The notes below the pieces were generated by a model, which did not search any database, had not been told where the DNA came from, and saw nothing but the letters and a program-made list of their open reading frames with translations. 64,000 nucleotides of DNA from Octopus sinensis (lineage: Eukaryota): contig NC_042999.1 of NCBI RefSeq assembly GCF_006345805.1, forward strand, positions 69,316,001 through 69,380,000, read 5' to 3'. The translations under genes were made by a program, and so were the position numbers. Of the stretch, positions 25,286-39,111 are shown piece by piece (within the stretch, counting starts at the first letter, position 1; each line of letters begins with the position of its first letter).

Positions 25286-26427
25286 ATCATGCTGCTACTG
25301 CATAAATCTCTCTGAGAGATTTAGAAATGTATTATTTCTATTGTCAAAAAGTAAAAAGATAAAATGATAAAAATGTGATTATAAAAATGATATGGTGAGT
25401 GTAAATAGCTCGTTGTTGTAAATATGTAATTATTTATACTCTTCTTTTATGATGTGATATCTATTCTTGTTGCTGTCTTCCCAGTTTTGTGCCGCCTGAC
25501 TGGCTCCCGTGTCAGTGACAAGTAAAAAGCACCATTCAAGCGTGGTTGATGCCAGTGCCACCAGTCTAGTTCCCATGCCGGTGGCATGTAAAAAGCACCA
25601 TTTGAGCGTGTTCAATGCCAGTGCCACCTGACTGGCCCTCGTGCTGGTGGCACAAGCTGTAGAAACATTCAGCAGTAGAAACCTTGCCTAATCAGACTGG
25701 AGCCTGGTGCAGCCTTCTGGCTTAGCAGTCGTCAGACACAACCATCCAACCCATGCCAGCATGGAAAACGGATGTTAAACAATGATGAGTTTCATGAAGA
25801 ACAAAAATAAAGAAATAAAAGAAATCATCATCATCATCGTTCAATGTCCACTTTTCCATACTTGCATGGGTCCAATGGAATTTGTTGAGGCAGATTTTAT
25901 ACAACCAGATACCTTTCCTCTCAACCACCCTCATCTGTTTCTAGGTAAGATAATATTTCCTTGTAGTCAGACATGATTTTTCAGAAACAACATTGCTTGT
26001 ATGATGGTGATGCTCATTTACAATGATCATATGATGTCAAAACAAGGGTATACAGACACAAACACACACACAAACATATATACAAACACACGCACAAATA
26101 TTCATATACACGCACACATATACAAGCACACACACACACAAGCATATATATATATATATATATATATAAATATACACAAACATAGATACACACACACACA
26201 AACACACACACACATATATACACACATACTCATGACAGGCTTCTGTTAGTTTCCATCTACCAAATAAGGTTTTGGCTGACCGTGGGCTATAATAGAAGGC
26301 ACTTTGCAGCAGGACTTAGCTTGGGACTACACAGCCATGCCAGCCCCTTTGGAGCCACATCTGCAACTTTGGCCACAACAGTGGGAAAAGTCAACTATGA
26401 ACATGAGAAATGACGAACAGTTCTTAC

Positions 26428-26538
26428 CGCATGATATTGAGTCCTTTAAAAAATCTGGCAATGTCTTGATCGGATGACTGCCATGGTAGACCTCGAGCTC
26501 TTACAACTGTATTATCATCAACACGTTCATTCTTACTG
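26428..26538 (-). CDS. ESRP: ESRP coding exon, start of RRM1
   Basis: 111 nt, phase 2 to 2, |gtaaga donor: (C)[36 protein letters not shown](R), near-identical to ESRP1 RRM1. Not present in the ORF track. Confidence 0.96.
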
Positions 26539-26955
26539 CTGCCAAGGAAGAACAAGGAGAAAAACAAACAAGAAAAAAGAAACAGTGATAAAGTAAAACC
26601 ATAAATTGTTCAGGTCAATCAAAGTGCACATTCAGGAAAAACAGGATGGTATATTGTGGGACATAAAAAAATATTTAAAAATTTTTATAAAAATAAATCT
26701 AAACAAAGTTAGGCGTGCCAATAGTATGTATATATATATATATATTATATATATATTAATAATATCAGGGTAATAAAGATTTAAAAATTTTTTGCTACCT
26801 GTGGCCTAGTGTGTAGCAAAATTAGTCAATAGATTAATATATATATATATATAATATATATAAATATTATTTATTGAGACAAAACCACTATTTTGCAAAA
26901 CAAACAAGGAAAGACTTAATCAATACATAAAATTAATAAATAGTCAAAAAAACCG

Positions 26956-26998
26956 CCACTACAATCGTTTCTTGTCTTGATCGACAATCTTCAGGTGG
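26956..26998 (-). ncRNA. Mirror copy of the minimal hammerhead, on the ESRP sense strand
   Basis: Reverse complement of 28076-28118 within the left arm. Confidence 0.7.
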
Positions 26999-28075
26999 AC
27001 TTCCAATCTAAAAAATCAAAATTTTAAAATATAAAAATAATACTTTTAAATAATTAAAGTATAAATGAAAAAATATAAGTATATAATCCATATATAACCT
27101 ATATATAATCCATATCGAAAATATAGACTAATTACCACGAAAAAAACCATGATAAAACAAAACTCTTAAAAACATATAACGATAAAATCTCCCTTTGCTA
27201 AACTCTATAACAAACCTATAAAGTAAACCCCCTAACCTAACATTCACACACAAATACACACACGTAAACCACAGACTCACGACTATACACATACCTATAC
27301 TAACTTATAAACCTCAATATACACCAAAACCCACTCCCTCCCCACACAGACAAATTAACACATACATCCCAAAACCTAAATAACAAACCCATATACACAT
27401 TCACACACAAAACACACACTCACACGCCAAACACTCACACACAAAAGATACATCTACTCCCTCACATATACGCCTATACATACTCACTAGATTCGACATA
27501 TACAACAATACTTACACACCCACAAAAAACATTATATACATTTATGAGCTTTAACTCACCTTAGCATCTCTAACAAACAACTTGCAGTAACCCAATCCCA
27601 TTCTCTATGCCTACCTCACTACTACACTATTCCATTCACATTCCAAGCAACGCTAGTCCACCACCCGGTTATTCACGTGGCAAAACGAACACCACTCAAA
27701 AATTATGAATGAAACAATGTAAAAAAATAACCAACACCTAAAATAGACAAAATACCACAAATTACCTAAAAACCATGATAAACCAAAACTCATAAAAGCA
27801 TATAACGATAAAATCTCCCTTTGCTAAACCCTATAACAAACTTATATAGCAATCCCCCTAACCTAAACATTCACACACAAAAAACCCACACGTAAACCAC
27901 AGACCCAAGACTTATACACAAACCTATACTAACTTATAAACCTCAGTCTATATTTTCGATATGGATTATATATAGGTTATATATGGATTATATACTTATA
28001 TTTTTTCATTTATACTTTAATTATTTAAAAGTATTATTTTTATATTTTAAAATTTTGATTTTTTAGATTGGAAGT

Positions 28076-28118
28076 CCACCTGAAGATTGTCGATCAAGAC
28101 AAGAAACGATTGTAGTGG
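28076..28118 (+). ncRNA. Minimal type I hammerhead ribozyme motif
   Basis: CCAC-CUGAAGA-UUGUC(GAUCAA)GACAA-GAAA-C(GAUU)G-UA-GUGG: catalytic core, 5-bp stem II, minimal stem III, 4-bp stem I. Confidence 0.7.
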
Positions 28119-29646
28119 CGGTTTTTTTGACTATTTATTAATTTTATGTATTGATTAAGTCTTTCCTTGTTTGTTTTGCAAAATAGTGGTTTTGTCTCAA
28201 ATAATATTTATAATATTTTACTATAAATTGGATTTAATCCTAAATCTGATTTTTTTTCCCTGTAAATTTGGATATATTCCCTAATATTTATTATTATATA
28301 TTATATATATATATATACGTGTGTGTGTGTGTGTCAAGGTTATTCAGTCACTGTAGTCAAATCCATCATGTGACTTTTAGAAGCCCTCTGCAACTTTTTT
28401 TTTTCATGGCCCCATCCTTTCAATCAAAATTCATAATCTACACACCTTTTATTCATAGTTGTACTTTACTTTAGTCTATCTGAAGTTCAATATTTCATGT
28501 TATCCTAAAGAACATCTTTGAAAGTACAAATTTCAATAAGTAAAATTTTCAGATATGAATAAAAGAGCATTTTTATAATTCAGGCAACTTTCAAAGACAA
28601 ACACGGCGCACTTTTCACTTTGCGAAATCATTGATCCATTCAGAATAATCAAATAGATATCATTGACAATCCACAAAGTCTGGTACCCGTTTGTAGTACA
28701 AGGTAATATTTTTACAAGAACTTTTGCAGGTGCAATGTATTACAATTTTATTTCTTGAAATTTTCAGTTAACATAGTTTAATTCTTGTTCAACATCTTAA
28801 CCAAAGCAAATAGATGACTCGTCTACATACTTTGATCTTAACATGGACCCCTCAACGGCAGGGGTTGCAGGGTCTTAGCGACGGCCCGGACTGTACTCGT
28901 AGTGTGTCACTAAGAACACAGTGAACTGAATGGCCTCATTTCAATTCAGATTGCTACTGCTGTAATCTTCAGTGTCACTAATAAATCCACAGGTTTTCAT
29001 ATCTATCTTACAACATTAAGCTCCAAACAAGATAACAAAGGCTACTTCTGTGTGAAATGGTCATTAAATTTCTTCAAATCAGTTTCTGTTGTGTTAAAAT
29101 AGGAAGGCTGGGATACAAGGCTTTTTGACCATAGGTCTGCTCAATCAGTATTGGCCTGGGGCTAAACAGTAACAGCGATAACAACAATACTCTCTTCTTC
29201 CCATGGCTTGAGGCAGAAGAGGAAGGAGATCTCCCAGAACTATATTTGATGGTTTTAAACAAAGTGGTGGAAGATACTTTATAATTCCTTCTAATTTTGG
29301 CAACAGTTTTGAGGGGAGGGGAAAGTCAATTTCTTTGACCCATTTCTCAACTGATACTTATTATTACCGACCCTGAAAGGCTGAAAGGAAAATTCAGCCT
29401 TAGTGGAATTTGAACTCAGAACATGCTGGCACCATGTAAAAAGTACTCAGTACACTGTAAAATGGTTGGCATCAGGAAGGGCATCCAGCTGTACAAAACA
29501 TGCCAGAACAGATAACTGGAGCCTGGACAGCTCTGCAGCTGGCCAGATCCTGTCAAACTGTCTAATCCATACCAGAAAAGAAAATGGATGTTAAATGTTG
29601 ATGATGAAGCGTGAAAAAATGTTGCTAAGCATTTTCTCTGGCAACC

Positions 29647-29875
29647 AAACCTTTTGGCATTCAGGTTACCCTGTTAACTCTAAAGCTTATTCAGTCACTT
29701 TGTTTTAAATGAATCCTGCATTGTTTTGTAGCTTCAAGATTTCAATCATGTGATTGTATATTTTTGGAATGACATTGTAGGGTAGGTGTGAGAGGCTGGA
29801 TGTGGCTGGTTTGACCACAAAACAGGTTGAATATTTGGGAACAGAAATTGGCTGGTTTAAATGGTAAAAGGTTAA
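29647..29875. mobile_element. piggyBac-like MITE
   Basis: Begins aacctttt ggcattcag, ends aaatggtaaaaggTTAA. A related copy at about 36944-37571 is interrupted by a SINE. Confidence 0.55.
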
Positions 29876-31580
29876 AACTGTAAAGAAACAATGAAGCCAT
29901 GAGAAGGGAGACTAGAAATTATGAATCTAAGTAACTAACAATACATACCACTGCCACCACCACCACCACCACCATCCCAAGCAATGTGGCTCTGACAATA
30001 GACACCACCACCACAGTCTCATACAATGAGACTCTAACAATGTACACCCCACCTACATCTTATACAAGAGAACTTCAATACAAAACCACCATCGCCACCC
30101 CTGCTCCCTCCACCTCATTTAGTGGGGCTTTGACAATTGTATATGTATATTTCCCATACTGTATACCACAATTAATTATGTATTATATATCAGAGGTGCA
30201 GTGAGACTGAGAGGTTAAGAAGTTCACTTCACAATCACAAGATTGTGGGTTCAATCTCACTGCATGATGTGTTCAGTAAATGTCATCTTCTATAGCCTTG
30301 GGTTGACCCAAATCTGGTGAGTGGAACTAAGTAGATGGAAACTGTATTGAAGCCCTTTGGGTGGGCTGTACCACTAACTCAAAAAGTACAACCTTGTCAT
30401 GTCACACTGTGCCATGCTGAATTTATCTGAGAATTTTGTTAATTATCATTTAACATCTATTTTCCATGCTGGCATGGGTTGGACGGTTTTTGACAGGTGC
30501 TGACAAAACAGTGGGCTGCACCAGGCCTCATTGTTTGCTTGGATGTTCTTTACATTGACCACTTTACAGAGTGTACTGGGTGAATTGTTTGTGCCGCCTG
30601 CACTAGTGAGATTACCATAATAATAACGACAATAACAATAATAATGATAATAATCATCCTCATCATCACTTAATGTCTGTTGTCCATGCTGGCATGGGCT
30701 GGACAGTGTGACCAGAGCTGGCAAGCAGGGAGGCTGCATCAAACTCTAGTCTGATTTGGCATGGTTTCTATGGCTGGATGCCCTTCCTAATCCCAACGAC
30801 TTTATAGAGGGTGCTGGGTGCTTTTATGTGGCACTACATAGGCAATTTTATGTGTCGTCGTACAGGCAATAATTTTTCCTCCTACAGACACAAGGCCTGA
30901 AGTTTTGAGGGAGGGGGCATAGTCGATTACATCAACCCCAAGGTTCAACTGGTGCATACTTTATCAACCCCAAAAGGATAATAATAATAATAATAGCAAC
31001 AACGATAACATTGAATAATATCTCCCATGATTCTTTTTAATTTAGGCACAAGACCAGCAAGTTTGAGTGGTGGAGGTAGTGAATTACATCGACCTCTCTC
31101 TCCCAAGTGCATGACTGGTATTTATTTCATTGACCTGAAAAGTATGTAAGGCAAAATTGACCTTGGTAGAATTTGAACTCAAAACATAAAACCAGAAGAA
31201 ATACCACTAAACATTTTGTCTGGTGTGCTAACAATTCTGCCAGCTAAAATAATGGTAAGATTAATAACAATGGCTTCTGATTTAAGAATAAGACCAACAA
31301 TTTTAAGGGGAGGGGCACAAGTCGATATCCTTGACCTCTGTACTTGACTGGTGTTTTATTTTACCCAGCGGAGGGGGGGGGGGGAAACAAAGCCAACCTC
31401 GGCATCAAAATAATTCATAATAAAAATAACAAAACTAAATAGTTAAAAATAAACTAACAAATAATAATAATAATAATAATAACAACAACACTGATAATAA
31501 CGATGATGATGATGATGATAATCACTGCCTGTCATGCTATGAAACAAGATAAGGTATTTTGCTTAAAAAAAATATATATG

Positions 31581-31653
<73 letters not shown>

Positions 31654-32266
31654 CCTGTGTGTGTGTGTTTTAAATGAGGCAAACATGTTTATTTAGCTTA
31701 GTAATGCTAATTGATAAGATGTAAATATTATTTGATAAGATTTTACCGTCAGTGGTTGAAGATAGAGTGAACAGGATGATATTGTCAGAGTGGGCCCTCT
31801 GATGCACACACACACACACACAGCTATGCAAATATATATATATATATAACTTTGATCACTTTGATAGGTTTCAGGGGGCACCAAAACCCAGTCTAGCAAA
31901 GAGTTATTATTGTTGGAGACATGTCTGGGTGAAGGAAGTTGGTCCAGGATTTTTTGAAGAACTTTGTCTAGTAAACATTTGAAGTTTAGGGGATCCATTT
32001 CCATTTTGCCATATCTTGGTATAATATTAAAGAGAGCTGGAGTGGTTGAGGTAAAGTAATTGTGACATTATGTTGCTATGTGTCCTGAGTTCAATTTTTG
32101 TTGTGGGCAGATAGCATGGGGGCCAAGTCTTGGGTAGATTTTAAAATTGATGCCAACATCATTTGTGTAATATGTATGTATATATATATAAAATATATAT
32201 ATATATATGTGTATATATATATGTGTGTGTATATATATATGTATATATATATATATATGTATATGT

Positions 32267-32574
32267 GGAGGTGCAATGTCCCAGTGGTTAGGGCAGCAAA
32301 CTCGTAGTTGTAGGATCGCAGTTTCAATTCCCAGACCGGGCATTGTAAGTGTTTATTGAGCGAAAAGATCTATAGCCCCAAGAGGCTCCAGCAGGGAGTG
32401 GTGGTAATCCCTGCTGTACTCTTTCGCCGCAACTTTCTCTCACTATTTCTTCTGTCGGCCTGCTCGCTTAGCTAACAGGGTGGCGCCATTTGAAGGCTAA
32501 AACAATGAGAAGCGCATTGTGACCAGCGATGTGTAGCAACATCTGATAGCCTGGTTGGTCACATGATCACGTGA
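32267..32574 (+). mobile_element. tRNA-derived SINE of a third family
   Basis: A/B-box-like head ggtgcaatgtcccagtggttagggc...gtttcaattccc, GC-rich body, tail gtcacatgatcacgtgat. Confidence 0.65.
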
Positions 32575-34921
32575 TATGTATATGTATGGTTATGTGAAGC
32601 TGGTATAGGGTACAGCTATGAACTCACCGCAGTCACAGCATATCTCCAGAGGTCTTGGTCTTTCGTCATTGCCTCTGTGCATCATCTTTTAGGATGATTA
32701 TGCACCAATTCACACAGCTAAATTTGTTACTGAATGGCACAAGGAATGTTCTAGTGAAGCTGAACATCTTATCAGGCCACCACAGTCCCCAGATTTCAAT
32801 AGTATTGAACGTTTATGGTGCATTTTAGAAAAGCAAGTGAGGAGTCGATATCCTCCCCCATCATCACTGCAAGAACTAGAGACAATTCAAACTTTGTAGA
32901 ATTCAAGCTGAATTTACTGCTAAAGGTGGTTCTACCCCATATTAAAATAAATATAGAACTTAAATATAGAATTGTAAAATACTTCAAGGCAGTGCTCCAG
33001 CATGGCTGGAGTCAAATGCCTGAAGCAAGTGAAAGATAAAAAATGTATATATGCACATACATGCATATACATATCAATATATATGTACATATATATATAT
33101 ATCACCTTCATCATTTAATGTATGTTGCCCATACTGGCATGAGCTGAGCAGTTTGACAAGGGCTGGTAAGGTGGAAGGCTGCACCAGATTCCGGTCTGAT
33201 TTGGCAGGGTTTCTATGGCTGGATGCCCTTCCTAATGCCAACCACTCCAAGAGTGCAATGTGTGCTTTTACGTGCCAATTTGTGTGACACAAGTATCTGC
33301 CATAACTATGATTTTGCTTGCCTTGATGGGTCTTCTCAAGCATGACATAATGCCAAAGGTCTTGTTCATTGCTGCCCTGAGGCCCAATACTCAAAAGGAA
33401 CTCAGCCACTTCGCCTCTGACCCATGCCAGCATGGAAAGCAAACATTAAACGATGATGATGAACTATACATATGTGTGTGTTTAGGTCTTTGTGTTTGTC
33501 CCCATCACTGCTTGATAACCAGTGTTGGTTTGTTTACATCTTCATAACTTAGCAGCTCAACAAAAGAGAACCAATAGAATGAATACCAGGTTTAAACAAA
33601 AAGTACTGGGATGGGGGAAGGTGATTTGTTTGACTAAACCCTTTAAGGTGGTACCCCAGCATGGCCACAATCTAATGAATGAAACAAGCAAAAGATAAAA
33701 GACGATAAACTATGGTACCACTGATTGGGTACTGGTGTTTATGTGAACAGAAACAGCTGTAGTGACTTAAGGGAGATGGGGGTAGAGCAAGGGAGGGTAA
33801 CAGACAGGGGGTGGATAGGGTGCGGGGGGGGCAGAAGCTATCAGTGGTGCAATGGTTGTGAAATATTGGTGGTTGCTAGATTATCTCGTCAGCTGTTTTA
33901 TTGTCAACTCAGTCAACAATGTGTAAGCGTGTGTATGAATATGTGAGCGTGTGTAAGTGTTTGTGCAAGTGTGTGTGAGTCTGAAAGTGTTTGACTATGT
34001 TTATGCTTGTGTGCATATAAGTATGTGTGTGTGTTCATGTGCTGGTTTTAGGCTTAAGACTGTGGCCATGCTGTAGCACTGTGTATGAGGATGTTATTGA
34101 TTATGTTACTTCCATTATTTATATTATTGATCTTCTTTGATTGATAAAGTTATCGTTTATTTAAAGTCATGGCTGGTACCCTACAATCTTTCCCTCTCTT
34201 CCCTCTCTCTCATAAATGCACACATTTAGTATTAATTACTCCATACATATGTGTGTGTTTATAGATGTATATACACACACATGCATACATATATAGATAG
34301 ATACTCTCGGAGTGGTTGGCGTTAGGAAGGGCATCCAGCTGTAGAAACATTGCCAGATCAGATTGGAGCCTGGTGCAGCCTTCTGGCTCATCAGTCCTCA
34401 GTCAAACCGTCCAACCCATGCCAGCATGGAAAACAGATGTTAAAGGATGATGGTGATACATATAGATGTATAGATATGTATATGCATGTAAGGTGGTTGG
34501 CATTAGGAAGGGCATCCAGTCTTAGAAACCCTGCCAAAACAGACAACTGGTGCCTGACCAGCTCTCCAGCCTTGCCAACTCCTTTCGAACCATCCAACCC
34601 ATATCAGCTTGGAAAACGGGCGTTAAATGATGACGATATGCATGTATATGTGTTTATAGGTGTGTATGTATATGTATGTGTGTGCATATATATATATATA
34701 TATAATTAAGAGAAATAACCTCTATTGAGTAATTCAGTTGATAGTGAAAGGTATTATCTATATTAAATCATAGAAAAAATATTATTTTATAGAATTGCAA
34801 AATTGAATTTTTTCCTGTAGGTTTGGAATTTTATATTCCCTACTATTATTAATGTATATATGTGTGTGTATGTGTGTGTGTGTGCACAGTATATATATAT
34901 ACACACACATATATGTGCAGA

Positions 34922-34964
<43 letters not shown>

Positions 34965-34978
34965 TATATATATGCACA

Positions 34979-35025
<47 letters not shown>

Positions 35026-35151
35026 TATATATAAATATATGTACTTCAAAGATTTAACAAAAACACATCAAACGGAAAATTTTACAAAAACATAACAAAC
35101 AGAAAATTCATAATATATGTGTGTCTGTGTGTATAAATATACATACATATA

Positions 35152-35605
35152 CAGGGTGGTGCAAAAGTAGATATACAGTTATGAAAAAAGAAAACATGTA
35201 CAATACTCATTTATTTTTACAAAAAAAACTAAAAATTATGATAAATGTATTTTTGTGATTAATGACACTGGAAATATCAAAAATGAGGCTAATTAATTTA
35301 ATGAACTAATGATTTTAATGAATTAAGTATCCTTTTCTACTCTAGGCACAAAGCCCAAAATTCTAAGGGAGGGGTCTGGTCAATTAGATTGACTCCACTA
35401 TGCAACTGGTACTTAATTTATCGACCCCAAAAGGATAAACGGCAAAGTCGACCTTGGCGGAATTTGAACTCACAACGTAAAGACAGACGGAATACTGCTA
35501 AGCATTTCACCCGTCATGCTACCATTTCTGCCAGCTCGCTGCCCTTAATGAATTAAGTATTGTAACACCGATGTGATACTTACTGTATACCTATTTTTGC
35601 ACCAC
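35152..35605. mobile_element. Tc1/mariner-type MITE with nested SINE
   Basis: TA-cagggtggtgcaaaagtagatatacagt ... actgtatacctatttttgcaccac inverted termini. Confidence 0.6.
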
Positions 35606-35763
35606 AAATCATCATTGTGAAGTCACCATGTAACTCACAAGACAAGACCCTCTGAACTGAGTAGGGGGTGTTGAATTGGGTAGGGGTGGCTTTATGTCAG
35701 ATGATGAGAGGTTAAAGTAGGATAGAGGACAGAAGCAGATGCTTTGTAATAGAGAAAATATAA

Positions 35764-36680
35764 ATACCGTAAAAACCCATTTAATTTGTGCACCTGTATA
35801 ATTTACACAGGTGATTTTCAGGATAAAATTTGTTAAAAAATGCTTCTACTTATGTAAAATTTGCACCCAAAATTTTCAGAATTGCTGATATGGCCAGGAA
35901 AAAAAGGTTTCCAATTTAGTTGTATTTAGCATAATTTCACTTACTTATGGTTAGTTTTTATTACGTTTTCATTAAATAAAAATGATTTCTGATTAACAGG
36001 TATCAGTTTAAAAGCTATTAAATTATAAAGTATTTGTGTTGTTTATAATAAACTCTATTTTACATTTCTTGCCCACAAGAGATTATGTCCGATCTTTAGC
36101 ATACTGCTGTATGTCTTCTCAAACCATGATCACAGAAAAAGTTTTTGATAAGGATTACTAACAAAAACAAATCTGATAAATATGCACATGTATTGCAAAT
36201 TAAGTTTAATTACCAATAAACATTAATGGTTTTACAGTTCTATATTTAAGAGATGAGGAATTATGTACATTATTTACATTTGATGGATATTTGTCCTCAT
36301 CTTGTTTGTTGTTAACACAAAGTTTCGGCTGATATACCCTCCAGCCTTCATCAGGTGTCTATGGGGAAATTTAGGACCTGAGTTCTCATTCCTAAGGTTT
36401 TAGTAAATTTATACAGAAAAAGTAAGCATTATACTGTCCAGCATAAATAAAAGTCAACTTCATTATATTTCAGCCATTATTTTTTCTGTAAAAACCTATT
36501 CTCATATTAAATCAGTCAACTTCCAGTACGAATGTTTACATTTTGTACTTCTTTTTTCAACAAAAAAAAAAATTTCTAAAAACATTCTGGAAACGATCTA
36601 CTCATAGAATTTATGCACCCCTAAAGTTTATTTTATTTTTGTGAAAAATATGCATAAATTACATGGGTTTTTTATGGTAT
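35764..36680. mobile_element. Old DNA-transposon relic (pogo/Tigger-like ends) with nested Penelope pLTR fragment
   Basis: ataccgtaaaaacccatttaatttgtgca ... tgcataaattacatgggttttttatggtat. Confidence 0.5.
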
Positions 36681-36842
36681 ATGGTTAACCCTAAATAGAA
36701 AAGAGAAAGAATGGTGAAGAGATGTCAGTGCATAATCTTTCTTGCTTCCATTTTAGAAGATTACATTCTTGTTAATCTATTACTTTATTGTTAATTTATC
36801 TAATAATTCCCAAACATTAAAATAATTGAATATTCAACTCAC

Positions 36843-36897
36843 CATATTCCTGGTTCCAAATGTTCTTTAATTAATTCTGCAGTTCCAAATGAATGAC
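36843..36897 (-). CDS. ESRP: ESRP small coding exon (linker)
   Basis: ttcttctttgaag| acceptor, |gtgagt donor, 55 nt, phase 1 to 2: (G)HSFGTAELIKEHLEPGI(C). Compare ESRP1 HRFSDPERVNYKFESGTC. Phases fit both neighbours. Confidence 0.88.
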
Positions 36898-37289
36898 CTT
36901 CAAAGAAGAAAATTGTAGCATTAATGAAATCTTCTTCATCTTTTAAACCTTTAGCACTTAGGATAATCTTTAGCTCTCAGGATAATTTCTGTCAAATCTA
37001 ATGCCTATTTACATTCTTTGTTTTGAATTTATCATGCATTTTCCCATAGCTTTTTGATGAAGCAATTACTCTTTTACTTGTTTTAGTCATTTGACTGCAG
37101 CCATGCTGGAGCACCACCTTTAGTCGAGCAAATTGACCCCAGGACTTATTCTTGGAAGCCTAGTACTTATTCTATCACTCTCTTTTGCTGAACCGCTAAG
37201 TTTAAGGGGACATAAGCACACCAGCATCGGTTGTCAAGCAATGTTGGGGGGACAAACACAGACACAGAAACATATACACACACATACAT

Positions 37290-37333
<44 letters not shown>

Positions 37334-38629
37334 CGACAGGCTTCTTTCAGTTTTCGTCTACCAAATCCACTCACATGGCTTTGGTCAGCCTGAGGCTATA
37401 GTAAAAGACACTTGCCCAAGGTGCCACACAGTGGGAATGAACCTGGAACCATGTGGTTGGTAACCAAGCTACTTACCACACAGCCGCTCCTGAAACTCAT
37501 TCTAAAAATTGTTTATTTTTCGAATGAGGTTGAATATTTGGGCTAGACATGACCTGTTAAAATTCTAAAGGGTCAATACCCATCTTCCATGCTGGAATGC
37601 ATTGGAAATGGCATGGGTCATGTATGCATTATCACCATCATCACCTTCTACGTTCCATGCTGGCATGGGCTGGACATTCTGACTGGGTCCAAGAACTGCA
37701 TCATGATCCAGTATGGCATAGTTTCCATGGCTGGATGCTCTTCCTAATGCCAACCACTTTACTGTGTGTACTGGATCCTCTTATTCAGGACACCAGCATT
37801 AGTGAGGTTACGATGTAACCTGCATGACTACAAACCCCAAAAGAAGTTGCTTTGTGCTTGGAGATGAGAGGGCTAAACTATGAAAGAAGTGGTGAGAGTA
37901 GAACATGTTTCCAGCTGTAGAAGGGCCAGGTGGCTACTCATATTTTAGAAGAGAGATGGGTGAGGTGGAGCAGGAAAGAGATTAAATAGAGATGATCTGG
38001 TATCTGGAAGGACCCTCAGGATATGAGGTGAGAAGAAATGGCAGGGGATCGAGGAATCAGGAGTGTGGGTGGGAAGAATTTGTAAGAGTGTTAGGAAGCG
38101 TTAGAAATGGAAAATGGGTGCAAGTATGTTAAATTCAAACTGGCTTAGCCCCCAATTTATGTAACAAAGAAATTATGTGGGTATATTTCTCCACCAGAAT
38201 TTAAAACCAGTGCCAGTTTACATTGGAGAGACTGACCTTTTTAACCCTTTGGGTGCACTAATTAATGTTTACTTATACTTGCTAACACAGGACACCATAA
38301 TAAATAAAAAAATATTTAAAAATTGTATTTGTATATTCATCATCATCATCATTATCATTGTTTAATGTCCACTTTCCATGTTGGCATGGGTTGGATGGTT
38401 TGACTGAAAACTAGCAGGCTAGGTGGGGGCTACACCAGGTTCCAATCTGTTCTGGCAAAGTTTCGACAACTGGATGCCCTTCCTAATGCCAATCACTGCA
38501 AGAGTATAATGGGTGCTTTTTACATGCCACCAGCATGGGAGCCAGTCAGGTGGCACTAGCATCAATTTGCATATTTATTCTTTATTTATATATATATATA
38601 TACATACACACACACACACAGATATATAT

Positions 38630-38663
<34 letters not shown>

Positions 38664-38946
38664 ATATATATATATATATCATCATCATCATCATCATTTA
38701 ACATCCACTTTCAATGCTGGCATGAATTGGACTGTTTGAAAACTGGCAGGGGTGGGGGGAAGGGCACTAGGTTCCAATCTGATCTGGCAATGTTTCTACT
38801 GCTGGATGTCTTCCTAATGCCAATCACTCCGAGAGTGTAGTGGGTGCTTTTTACACACCACCGGCACAGGTCTTAGAGAGGATTGACAGACTCTCAGGAT
38901 TTCTTATTAATAGCTTACATCTCCCAGGAACTTGCTACAAAAAGAG

Positions 38947-39096
38947 TTAACCCTTTGAGCCCATGATTATGCTTATGTTTCTGTCCATTACCCAGCCATA
39001 AATACAAAACCATATGGCCACTCGTTTTCATGTCTTCCAGGAGTGTCAAATTGAAATCATGCCTGCTGAAGAAGAGTCGTAGATTCAAAGGGTTAA
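38947..39096. mobile_element. piggyBac-like MITE
   Basis: TTAACCCTTTGA ... TCAAAGGGTTAA. Confidence 0.65.
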
Positions 39097-39111
39097 ACAG
39101 TAAAAATTGAG

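Larger units (their letters stand above)
26874..28200. mobile_element. Penelope-like (pLTR) non-coding element with inverted arms
   Basis: 256-bp inverted arms at 26874-27129 and 27945-28200, in which I saw no mismatch. Internal direct repeat at 27142-27316 and 27768-27945. The arms carry a hammerhead motif. Confidence 0.7.
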
